Assembly (NCBI GenBank): GCA_965178125.1
Contig: OZ237774.1
Span: forward strand, 310,001 to 374,000
Source: Bilabrum cf. latius
Taxonomy: Eukaryota
Direction of reading: 5' to 3'
DNA length: 64,000 nt
The notes beneath the pieces were generated by a model. That model was not told the origin of the DNA. It searched no databases and saw only the letters and a list, made by a program, of their open reading frames with translations. Both the position numbers and the translations under genes were made by a program. The first letter of the stretch is position 1. Each line of letters begins with the position of its first letter. Below are positions 11,910 to 21,362 of the stretch, in pieces.

Positions 11910-12491
11910 TTATAATGAATAGTGACGTTCTATAATTGCGTAATTTTGTCTAACTGTAGATCCTCCACCAAATCTAATGTCTATTTCATTTTCACCAGCA
12001 ATCAATAAACGAACCGCTTTAAATGGATGGTCAGCTGGTAATTTAGAACATAAAGTAATTACACCGCCTTCTTTTATTTCTATAATTTGCCATTGATACG
12101 GTAAATTAGCAGGTTCAGTATTCCATGAATCGTCTAAGTTCTGGAATTGAAAAGCTATAGCTCCCGATCTAGTACCAGATCCATTGGTATTATACATAGA
12201 CACAGTAGCTTTTAAAAATACGTTATATGTATTATCTAAAGGCATAGAATAAGTCCCACCTGTAGCAGATAATACAGTATCAGCAACACCGAAAGTAGCG
12301 GGGTTGTTAGTAGTTGTAGCTTGGGGTAATACTATAGATGTTGATCCACTGTTAGACTGTACAAAATCAATGTTATTATATGTTACGTTTTGGCCCAATT
12401 TTTGTAAAAATTCGGCGTTTATTGTTTCCGCTGTTACTGATCCAGCTTTTAAATCTAAATTATTGCTTGATAAAAGATTTGATATACTCAT
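11910..12491 (-). CDS. Short fibre/spike-like protein (paralog 1)
   Basis: N-terminus MSISNLLSSNNLDLKAG shared with the next two genes; beta-rich. Confidence 0.55.
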   Translation of the reverse strand: MSISNLLSSNNLDLKAGSVTAETINAEFLQKLGQNVTYNNIDFVQSNSGSTSIVLPQATTTNNPATFGVADTVLSATGGTYSMPLDNTYNVFLKATVSMYNTNGSGTRSGAIAFQFQNLDDSWNTEPANLPYQWQIIEIKEGGVITLCSKLPADHPFKAVRLLIAGENEIDIRFGGGSTVRQNYAIIERHYSL

Positions 12492-12542
12492 TAATAAACT
12501 AAGATTAGAAAAATATTTTTAACGTTAGTTTAATTTATAAAT

Positions 12543-13034
12543 TTAATTTACTAATATGTTAGAACCATTAAAACGAATTGTGACGACCTTTAAATCTGTT
12601 ACATTAGGAGATTCAAATTCAACGGATGATGTAACACCTGTTGTACTTCCATTTTCCCACACTGTATTAATGGGAGTTGTAAATTCATCATTTGTAAATG
12701 CAAAAACTCTTAATTTTAATGTTCCTGCTGTTGCTCCTCTTATAGCGTATGTTCTTTCGAACGGTTTAGGACAATTTATATTAACTCTAACGTCATAATT
12801 AAACGTTCCAGTTCCTAACATGGTTAGATTTGATGTCCCGAAGGGCTTTGGATCTGCAGAACATGGGAAATCTGAGGTCATGCTATTGAACACATTAATA
12901 TTAACAGTTTCAAATAAACCATTTACGCGACCATCTACATTTAAATCCCCGCTAATTTGTGCATCATTTGACAATGCAACAGAACCTGCCTTAAGGTCTA
13001 AATTATTAGAACTCAATAAATTTGATATACTCAT
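12543..13034 (-). CDS. Short fibre/spike-like protein (paralog 2)
   Basis: Same N-terminal peptide; C-terminal FTNDEFTTP resembles FTNETFTTP of paralog 3. Confidence 0.55.
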   Translation of the reverse strand: MSISNLLSSNNLDLKAGSVALSNDAQISGDLNVDGRVNGLFETVNINVFNSMTSDFPCSADPKPFGTSNLTMLGTGTFNYDVRVNINCPKPFERTYAIRGATAGTLKLRVFAFTNDEFTTPINTVWENGSTTGVTSSVEFESPNVTDLKVVTIRFNGSNILVN

Positions 13035-13060
13035 ATAATATTATATTATAAGAAAATTAT

Positions 13061-14950
13061 TTATTTTATTCTTGCTATTATTAATCTATCATTTACGGAT
13101 CTTTCAACTTTTACTGAATATTCAGCATATACATAAGATGATGAAGATGATGACGTTAGGGTTTCAAAAGATACATAAGAATTAGAATTATTTAATATTC
13201 TGCTTGATGGTGTTGTGAATGTCTCATTTGTGAAACATTGGAATGTTACCGTAGTTGATGCATTAGATCCCGCAAAGGTATTTCCGCGAACAAGGAATTT
13301 TAAATTAAAATCATGATCTATCCAATCTTCGGAAATTCTAACGGTATAACTTCCAGAATTAGGACTTCCTAATGAACTCCCTGTAGCAACTAAAGTATAA
13401 GTATGAAATAACTTGAAATTTTCAGCGTCTGCATCAATAATACTATATGTTCCGTTTGTTGATTGATCATAAACAAAACTAGTAAATGATGACATAGAAG
13501 GCGTTGAAGATGGCAAATTATCAACGTAGTCTTTAGTTACTGCATCAGTTGACAATGTAGGAGTTGCCAAATTTGTAATTTTAGTATTATTCATATCTAA
13601 ATCGTTTAATGTTGTAGCATCTGTGACATTTAAAGTTCCAGTGACTGCAAGATTAGAACCCATAGCAACATTACCCGAAAAATTGCCGTTTCCCTGAACT
13701 AAAAAGTTTTGTCCAACGATGATACTTTTATTTATTGTTACTCCTCCATCAAATGTAACGCTTTCATTATCTGTATTATTAAAATTAACTAATCCGTTTA
13801 CTTCTAATGCTCCTAATGTAGATGTTCCAGTGACTCCATGAGTTCCAGAAACTGAAACGTTGGATAATGAAGATGTACCAGTTACGGACAAATCACCTTC
13901 AACGTCTGCATTTTGTTCAAATGTATGTTTTACCTTACTTATAATTGTTTCTGGTGCTGTATCATCTAGACCAACGTCAACTCTAAATAATTCATTGTTG
14001 GGATCACCTGAAATATTAGTATTTGGGATTTTTGTAATACTGAACCCTTCATATCCAACGGACATATACATACCATTCCTTAAATTAGTGTTGGGCATCG
14101 TTGGGTCGAATACTTGATTTGCTGAATCATACTTTATATTATATCCAATATGTGTATAATCTGTTTGTCTAGGTCCTACAGGAAAGCAACCACCTCCAAA
14201 CATTGCCCCATTTTGATTATATCCAGTGATCCATATTCCTTCATTTGTATTTGGATTGTTAGTGTTAAGATTTAAAATTTTATTTGGTAAAATCGTCTGA
14301 ATATTATTTACATGTACACTACCATTTGTACTAATATCACCATTAACATTTAAATTTTTGGCAATACCAACACCACCATCACAAACAATAGACCCATTTG
14401 TGTGATCACTTGAATCTGTAGTGTCATCTGCATTTATTTGTACTTTTGAGTCAACAGTTGAACCTAAATATAAATTGTAATTTTCCCATCCTGTAGTCCT
14501 TTGATTTCCTGACTTATTTCCTGTCCAAAAATATATATTTCTTTCTCCGTTTGTTTGATCTGAATAAACGCCTATAGCAGGTTTCCAATTAGCCGTGGGG
14601 TCTCCTCCTTCAATCAATAATGCACCTTCTGGGGTTGTCATGGTTGTACCCCATCCGCCATCATGTCCAGAACTAAAACCTTCTAAAGTTAAAGCGTTGG
14701 TTGTTACATTTCCTCCAATATTTGCATTTCCAGTAGTTCCAATAGTTCCAATATTTTGAATGTTTCGACCGTTTGCATTGTCTCCAATGGTCAAAACTTG
14801 CTCAATATTTGCTCCGTCCCCAGCTATGGCTGCGTCAACATATTCTTTAGTTGCTAGTTGGGTATTTTCTGTTATACTGGTAGTTGAAACAATAACACGA
14901 CCAGCTCTAAGATCTAAATTATTATTCGATAGTAAATTAGATATACTCAT
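13061..14950 (-). CDS. Long fibre-like protein (paralog 3, 629 aa)
   Basis: ATKEYVD and VTKDYVD fibre motifs; GGVGIAKNLNVNG beta repeats; G/T/N-rich. Confidence 0.65.
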   Translation of the reverse strand: MSISNLLSNNNLDLRAGRVIVSTTSITENTQLATKEYVDAAIAGDGANIEQVLTIGDNANGRNIQNIGTIGTTGNANIGGNVTTNALTLEGFSSGHDGGWGTTMTTPEGALLIEGGDPTANWKPAIGVYSDQTNGERNIYFWTGNKSGNQRTTGWENYNLYLGSTVDSKVQINADDTTDSSDHTNGSIVCDGGVGIAKNLNVNGDISTNGSVHVNNIQTILPNKILNLNTNNPNTNEGIWITGYNQNGAMFGGGCFPVGPRQTDYTHIGYNIKYDSANQVFDPTMPNTNLRNGMYMSVGYEGFSITKIPNTNISGDPNNELFRVDVGLDDTAPETIISKVKHTFEQNADVEGDLSVTGTSSLSNVSVSGTHGVTGTSTLGALEVNGLVNFNNTDNESVTFDGGVTINKSIIVGQNFLVQGNGNFSGNVAMGSNLAVTGTLNVTDATTLNDLDMNNTKITNLATPTLSTDAVTKDYVDNLPSSTPSMSSFTSFVYDQSTNGTYSIIDADAENFKLFHTYTLVATGSSLGSPNSGSYTVRISEDWIDHDFNLKFLVRGNTFAGSNASTTVTFQCFTNETFTTPSSRILNNSNSYVSFETLTSSSSSSYVYAEYSVKVERSVNDRLIIARIK

Positions 14951-15005
14951 TTTATAAATTAAGATTAGAAAAATATTCTAACTTTAATTTAATATATTAT
15001 AATTT

Positions 15006-16583
15006 TTAAGTTTCTAATGTTCCCATTATTTCGGCTACTAGGTCGTCATCTGCATCGTCTGCTTCTCCTGCATCATCTGCTTCTCCTTCTGATTCACTTT
15101 CAAATAACACTGCTAGTCCATCGGCTTCGTCACCTTCACCATCGGCTACTCTTCTTCTTCTTTCTCTTCTTTCTTCTCTGGCTCTTGCTCTGTCTGCTCT
15201 AACTCTTTTCATTTTATTGGCTCTTCTTTTAAACCTATTGAATAATTGCACCTTACGCACTCTGTCGGCTTCAGCTGCAAGTACTTTTGCTTCGTCTCTG
15301 AGTGGTTGCATTTTTGCTCTTAATTCTGTCAGTGTTTCTCTTGCTCCTTCAAAAGCTTTTTTCTTTTCTCGTAAGTCTTTAGCTTCTTTGAATTCTCTCA
15401 ATCTTTCATTTAATTCTTCTTCACGTTCTTCTATTTCATTTCTCACACTTGCTTTAATTTCTGGGAAACTTGCTTTAACCTCTTTTAATATATTGCGTAC
15501 ATCGACTAAATCTTGAATTGGAGAGGCTGAAACATACTTTTCATATAAATCGACAAAATCTTCGGCACTAAGTCCTTTAATATCTCTATTATAATTTAAA
15601 CCTTTCTCGTCTCTTTCAGATGGTGTCAATATTTCATCTAAGAAAGTATTAAATTTACCTTTTAATGATGATATCTGTCTTTTAACGTCTCGCATTTCTG
15701 TAGGTAATGGTTTAGCACTCTTTAATTCATAAAATTTATTTCTTTCTGAAAAATCAGTTACAATTATCTCAATTAAATCCTCTTTAGATAATTCTTTTTC
15801 TCTTACTAATTCTGCAACATCTCTATCAGGTTCAACCGCTTGAGCATCTCTTATTAACATTTGTAACGGTCTATCTTTTAAAATACCTCTTAGTTCTTCT
15901 TGTGCATTCGTAATATCCCTATCAATTGCAGAACGTGGATTTTTAAATTTAGATAAATCTTTACCCAGCATTGTTTCAATTCTAAACCTAAGCTCTGTTT
16001 TTGGTACTCCGTCGGGTATTTCTAAACCTTTTCGCATTTCTTCAATTTCTTCATCACTAAATTCATCAATTTTAGTTGTGCTTAACTGTTTTAGTAATAC
16101 TTGAAACTGTGCATCAGTAATTAATTTATTTGTTGCCAGACTTTCAAGTTCTAATGTTTTATTTTGAATTTTTACTTTTTCTCTTTCACTTGATGGTAAT
16201 GTTTCAATTTTTCCAACAAATTGCTTTAAAAAACTATTGACCCTGCCGATCATTGGTAAACTTGGGTTTTCTTTTAGCATTATTTCCTTCATTCTATCTA
16301 AATTAACATTAATTTTAGTTGCATTGTCAGAATTTAAACCATCAACTAGCTCGGACACAACGGTTCTTAATACTGAGTCCATGCGTTGTTCTCTTCTTCT
16401 AAGTTCTAGGGGCTGAAATTGCGACGATAACACTATATCATCTCGTCTTTTTTGATTTTTCAAAGCCTCTAAAATAGACTGTCTTTCATTTACTAAACTT
16501 AAATTTCTGTTTTCTACTCCTTTATTGCTTTCTTGACGTCTTATATTCTGTTGTCTTAGTATATTTCTTAATTCAGTTGACAT
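15006..16583 (-). CDS. Coiled-coil protein of unknown function
   Basis: 525 aa, E/K/R-rich, acidic tail; TCTA upstream. Confidence 0.65.
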   Translation of the reverse strand: MSTELRNILRQQNIRRQESNKGVENRNLSLVNERQSILEALKNQKRRDDIVLSSQFQPLELRRREQRMDSVLRTVVSELVDGLNSDNATKINVNLDRMKEIMLKENPSLPMIGRVNSFLKQFVGKIETLPSSEREKVKIQNKTLELESLATNKLITDAQFQVLLKQLSTTKIDEFSDEEIEEMRKGLEIPDGVPKTELRFRIETMLGKDLSKFKNPRSAIDRDITNAQEELRGILKDRPLQMLIRDAQAVEPDRDVAELVREKELSKEDLIEIIVTDFSERNKFYELKSAKPLPTEMRDVKRQISSLKGKFNTFLDEILTPSERDEKGLNYNRDIKGLSAEDFVDLYEKYVSASPIQDLVDVRNILKEVKASFPEIKASVRNEIEEREEELNERLREFKEAKDLREKKKAFEGARETLTELRAKMQPLRDEAKVLAAEADRVRKVQLFNRFKRRANKMKRVRADRARAREERRERRRRVADGEGDEADGLAVLFESESEGEADDAGEADDADDDLVAEIMGTLET

Positions 16584-16631
16584 ATAATATATTTACACTA
16601 GAAAAAAAATAATCTAATGTTATTCTATATA

Positions 16632-17480
16632 ATGGAAATTAACAATAAAACCATCAAACTATTTAATACTGACCATTCCGCATTATTTAAAGATCTTATG
16701 TTAGTTAAAGATGCCGATTTATTATTAAATGGTTCTTTCCCTATTTCATTTTTTGCTTCTGATCTCGATTTATATATGAAATTAGAAATGAAACAATATA
16801 AACTACTTTTACGTGAACTATTCAGCTTTCTAATTGACATTGGTGATCATATAGATGTTAGTGAACTTAAAATAGGTAAAAAGAAAGCAGGAACACAAAG
16901 AAAAGCTATTAAATTAGTTGCTGATGAACTAGAAAACCCAAAGTATATTAAACAAGAAAAAAAATGGGTTAAACTTGATTTAATAGTATTCACTAATGGA
17001 TACTATGAAGAGGTTACTATAATTTACGATTTTGGTGATTCAATTATGGGAAAAACTAAAGATGAAATAACAGAAGATCTAATAGAAGACGCCATAAAAT
17101 TGGAAAAAGAAGGAAAATATTATAAAGCATTAAAAAGATTACGTGAGATATACAGAAGAACAGGATATGATGATAAAATGGAAGAAATTAATAGTTTATT
17201 AAGTTCGGACAACGTCGGCTTTTTATATTTGACTAATGCCAGATTAGAAGCACTAAAAAACGTTAGAGATACAACGGCAACTAAAAACTATGTTATGAAT
17301 AATATTAAAGAAGATTTAATGGTCAGATTAAAGAATATGTTTAATTTGGATCTCAAGAAATCAGATTTTAAAATGAAAAATATTAGTAAAATACAAAAAG
17401 AAGTTATGAAAAAATTACATTCTTATATCACAAATGACGTTAAAAACGAAATTAAGGAATTCAAGCGTTTAATTAAATAA
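16632..17480 (+). CDS. Possible Pol-beta-fold nucleotidyltransferase-like protein upstream of the ATPase
   Basis: LLNGS...ASDLDL...VKLDL acidic pattern; ATG 16632 chosen from TCTA spacing. Confidence 0.45.
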   Translation: MEINNKTIKLFNTDHSALFKDLMLVKDADLLLNGSFPISFFASDLDLYMKLEMKQYKLLLRELFSFLIDIGDHIDVSELKIGKKKAGTQRKAIKLVADELENPKYIKQEKKWVKLDLIVFTNGYYEEVTIIYDFGDSIMGKTKDEITEDLIEDAIKLEKEGKYYKALKRLREIYRRTGYDDKMEEINSLLSSDNVGFLYLTNARLEALKNVRDTTATKNYVMNNIKEDLMVRLKNMFNLDLKKSDFKMKNISKIQKEVMKKLHSYITNDVKNEIKEFKRLIK

Positions 17481-17559
17481 CATTTTAAAATTGTTGCATG
17501 ACTACCTTTCTTTTTTTGTCAAATTAAAAAAATATTTTCTATTATAATAATAGTATAAA

Positions 17560-18621
17560 ATGTTTAGTTACAGTGGAGGAGATGATTCAATACCCATTGC
17601 ATACCGTAAATATACAGGTAATAACCAGCAAAGCAAAAATAAAATATTATATTATGACAATGAATGTAAAAATAAAGAATTAGAGCCCGAAGATATTACA
17701 GATGACCAATTATATGCAATCTTTGGAACTCATGCGGTAAGATCAAAGAAAGCCAAAGAACAGAAAAAGCAAGAATTAATAAATTTATATAATGGAACAG
17801 AAGAAGCCCAAAAATTCAACAGTGAAGAAATAAAAGATAAATCAATGTTTCGAGTTATTCCGTATTCACTAGGTCACACTGAAGATGATTCATTTAATAG
17901 ATTCGTATTTTTCTTAAATGGTAAGTCTGGTTCTGGAAAGTCATATTTTTCAACCGAAATAATGGAAATGTCACGAAAATTTGGAATTAAAAAGATTTAT
18001 GTGATCACGGATGTCAAAGATTCTAAATTTGGAAAAGTTAAGTATTTAGATATTAATTCATTAGTTGGTGAAAATGTAAGCCATGAAGACGCAAAAAAAG
18101 AGTATGAAAAAGCCAAAATTAAATTTAAATATAAAAAAAAGATGTATGCAGACGATCCAGAAATGCTAATGAAATTAGAGTTAATGTTACATGATATGAA
18201 ACCAGACGGAAAAGGTAAAGATAAATTTGAGTTTAAAATAGATCAAGAAGCAAGAAATGCAATATTTCAAGATTCATTAGTTTTATTCGATGATTACGAA
18301 AATAACCCAGACATAGGAAAGATTGAATTTTTAAGAGATAATTTATTAACAAAAGGTAGACACACTAAGACTAATTTAATTATTTGTAATCATAAAGGGT
18401 CAGATGGTGCACATATGAAGTTAATTAAAATTGAAACTACAGATTATGTTCTATTTCAAAAATCGAATGACCATGAAAGAAATTATTTATTAAGAACTTA
18501 TTTAGGATTCAATAAAGAACAAATTAAAAGGGTTAAACTAGCATTGAAAAAATCTAGATGGATTAGTATAAACCCAGATATAGGCTATATGATAAGTCAA
18601 AAGGAAGCGATAAAAATTTAA
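17560..18621 (+). CDS. FtsK/HerA-family DNA packaging ATPase
   Basis: Walker A GKSGSGKS, Walker B LVLFDD, KGRH motif. Confidence 0.9.
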   Translation: MFSYSGGDDSIPIAYRKYTGNNQQSKNKILYYDNECKNKELEPEDITDDQLYAIFGTHAVRSKKAKEQKKQELINLYNGTEEAQKFNSEEIKDKSMFRVIPYSLGHTEDDSFNRFVFFLNGKSGSGKSYFSTEIMEMSRKFGIKKIYVITDVKDSKFGKVKYLDINSLVGENVSHEDAKKEYEKAKIKFKYKKKMYADDPEMLMKLELMLHDMKPDGKGKDKFEFKIDQEARNAIFQDSLVLFDDYENNPDIGKIEFLRDNLLTKGRHTKTNLIICNHKGSDGAHMKLIKIETTDYVLFQKSNDHERNYLLRTYLGFNKEQIKRVKLALKKSRWISINPDIGYMISQKEAIKI

Positions 18622-18759
18622 GGTATTTTAAAAAAAAATTAACGAAGGTTTCATGTTGTATTTGTGGCTCACGAATAACAAGAGCAAATTTATCGGCTCA
18701 TCGCAAAAGCTTTAAATGTATAAACTCAAAAAAATAAATTTTCTAGTCATTATTTATTA

Positions 18760-19323
18760 ATGGATAGAAAAAAACTGAATCAATTAGTTTCAACTTATCT
18801 TAGTCCTCAAGAATTAAAAGAACTTTGGAATAAACACCCACACACTAAAGGTCCAGCCCCTCGTGTTGTATTATATGACGATATTATTAAAGCTCCATCA
18901 ATTGAATCATTATTTCAAGGAGATAATAAATTAATTGTCTTTTATCCGATGATTAAACAAGGTAATGCAACATCGGGCCATTATGTAGCTTTAACAAAAA
19001 AGGGAAATACTATTTATTTTTATGATAGTTACGGCGGACTCCCCGATGTTGGGCAAAAAAAATATGCAGATTTAAATTTATATCAAGAATCTAATAATAC
19101 ATTAATTAGGCGTTTACTCGATAGCGGTTATGACGTGGATTATTCACCATATAAACATCAAGGAGAAGGCGGTCATATTGCGACATGTGGAAGACACAGT
19201 TTAAATCGAGTACACTATACCGATCTTACAAACGATCAATATAATCAACTAATGCAAGAGGCAAAAAAGAAACTTAAAAATAGACATTCAATAGATGAAA
19301 TCGTTACAATGGCTTTTCATTAA
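18760..19323 (+). CDS. Adenain-like cysteine maturation protease
   Basis: GHYVAL, YFYDSYG, HQ...TCGRHS catalytic pattern. Confidence 0.9.
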   Translation: MDRKKLNQLVSTYLSPQELKELWNKHPHTKGPAPRVVLYDDIIKAPSIESLFQGDNKLIVFYPMIKQGNATSGHYVALTKKGNTIYFYDSYGGLPDVGQKKYADLNLYQESNNTLIRRLLDSGYDVDYSPYKHQGEGGHIATCGRHSLNRVHYTDLTNDQYNQLMQEAKKKLKNRHSIDEIVTMAFH

Positions 19324-19384
19324 GGAGTATAAAAAAGCGTTAGAGTCAAGCCTCCATATATTGAACTCTTGATATTTACAATTA

Positions 19385-19587
19385 AGTTAATTCCAAATTC
19401 GTACTTATTGCACCCTTTTGATTCTCCGAATCAAGAGGGTGCAAAAATACGAATTTGGAATTAACTAATATACCGTATTTTCTAAATTCGTAAAAATGCA
19501 CCTTTTAGGTCGAATTCATAGCCCATAGAATTTAACGCCTTTTATGATTAATCATTATCACTTTTTAGTCAGAATTTAACGCCTTTT
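19385..19587. promoter_or_regulatory. 82-bp imperfect hairpin plus two 17-bp direct repeats; origin or terminator candidate
   Basis: Hairpin 19385-19466 is homologous to the TIR hairpin near 8416-8474; agaatttaacgcctttt at 19527 and 19571. Confidence 0.55.
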
Positions 19588-21362
19588 TTGGTGGTAAAAC
19601 GCGGGGGTAAAATATCTAAAGAAAAAAATATATAGTATTTATATATATAAAATGTCAGAATTCAAAGTAACAAAACTATTAAACCTTGAATGGTACAAGA
19701 ACACAAAAAAATCTAACTGGTCAGGTGCTCAGGATCACGTAATCAAGAATAGAAAAGATAAAGAAATGGTTATTAAATCATGGACTAAAAAGCACGGTCA
19801 AATGTGGACATCATGCAAACCAGAAATGGCGAAGAAACTATTAAACAAAAACCGCGGAATTTATGAGTACATTATAGATTATCCTTTTAAAGTTTATTTC
19901 GATATTGACCATAAAGGAAAAGATGAAACTTTATTAAATACGGTTCTTGATAATATTAAATCTAGTTTTCCAAATGCAAAAATTGCAGTTAGTGGATCTA
20001 TTACAGACGAAAAAACAAGTTATCATATAACACTTAATAATTATGTTATTGAAAATGAAGAACAAAGAACCGAATTTTTAGGATGGCTTAAAGATCAAGG
20101 CAAACCATACGATCCATGTGTATATAAAAAAAACCAAACTATGAAATGCCCTAATCAGTCAAAACAAAATAGAGAAATTCAAAAGATTATTAGTGATGAC
20201 AATTTAGAACATCATTTAATAAGTTCTTTTATTCCTTCTCATACTGAATCATTCCCTAAACTTCTTACAAGCAATAAATTAAATGAAATTAAACAAGAAA
20301 ATCAAAGAAAAGGATTCGATATTTCAAAACTCCCAAAATTAACCCTTAAAATTCCCAATTCAACCAGCTTAAACCCTGATGCTTTAGAACTTCTTAACTT
20401 AGCCCCTCTCAATGAGAATTTTGATCATGGATATACACATTTTGCTTGTCGTTTTGCTTTCCATAATGATATATGCTTTAATGATTTTTGGAAATGGAAC
20501 AGTAAAAAGAATAATTCTAATGATCGTATGGCTAAGTGGTTTAAACATTGGGACAAAATGGAAACGTTCCCCCCTGTTTCTATATCAAACTTTCAATTTA
20601 TGCTTTATAAGTTTTACCCTGATATTTACAAAACTAGAGCATTTAGAAAATTCAAACAGATGACAGATATTAAATATGATACATTAACCGAATATTTAAC
20701 CGTTCAAGATATTGACACATTACATAAATATAGTATATTGGCCCATCCCATGGGTTGCGGTAAAACGACCAATGTCATAAATTATATTTGTAAGAATAAA
20801 AACAAAAATGCAATTTGGATAACTCCACGCCGTGCATTGGCAAGAAACACAGCCCAAAGATGCGACAATGCAGGACTTGAAATGAAAAATTATTTAGATT
20901 ACAAAAACAGCAGGGAAAAAATGGAGGAATTACCACAACAACAACAATTAATTATTAATACTCAATCTTTATTTTATCTTCATGATAATGAAGAAGAGGC
21001 AAAATATGACATTGTTGTTATTGATGAAATTGAAACAGTTCTTAAATCATGGACAGCATATACAACATTCAAAGGTAAGAATTTAGAAAAATGTTGGACA
21101 ACTTTTATTAAAATTCTTAAGTCAGCAAAAAAAGTTATTTTATTGGATGCTTTTATTATGATCCTAACGCCGGATGGGGTTCGGTGTTGATGCCAGAGTG
21201 GGAGCGCGTGAACGTCTCGTTGGGTTCCGATGGCGGTTGCGACCGGGAAGGTGCGACCAAGCCAACGGATTGCTTGCGATGACGCGCATACCCTCTCTGT
21301 GTTCAGGAGAGGGGCGGAGATTGGGTAATTTTTGAAGAAAGTTCCTGCTCCGTTCATTTAAC

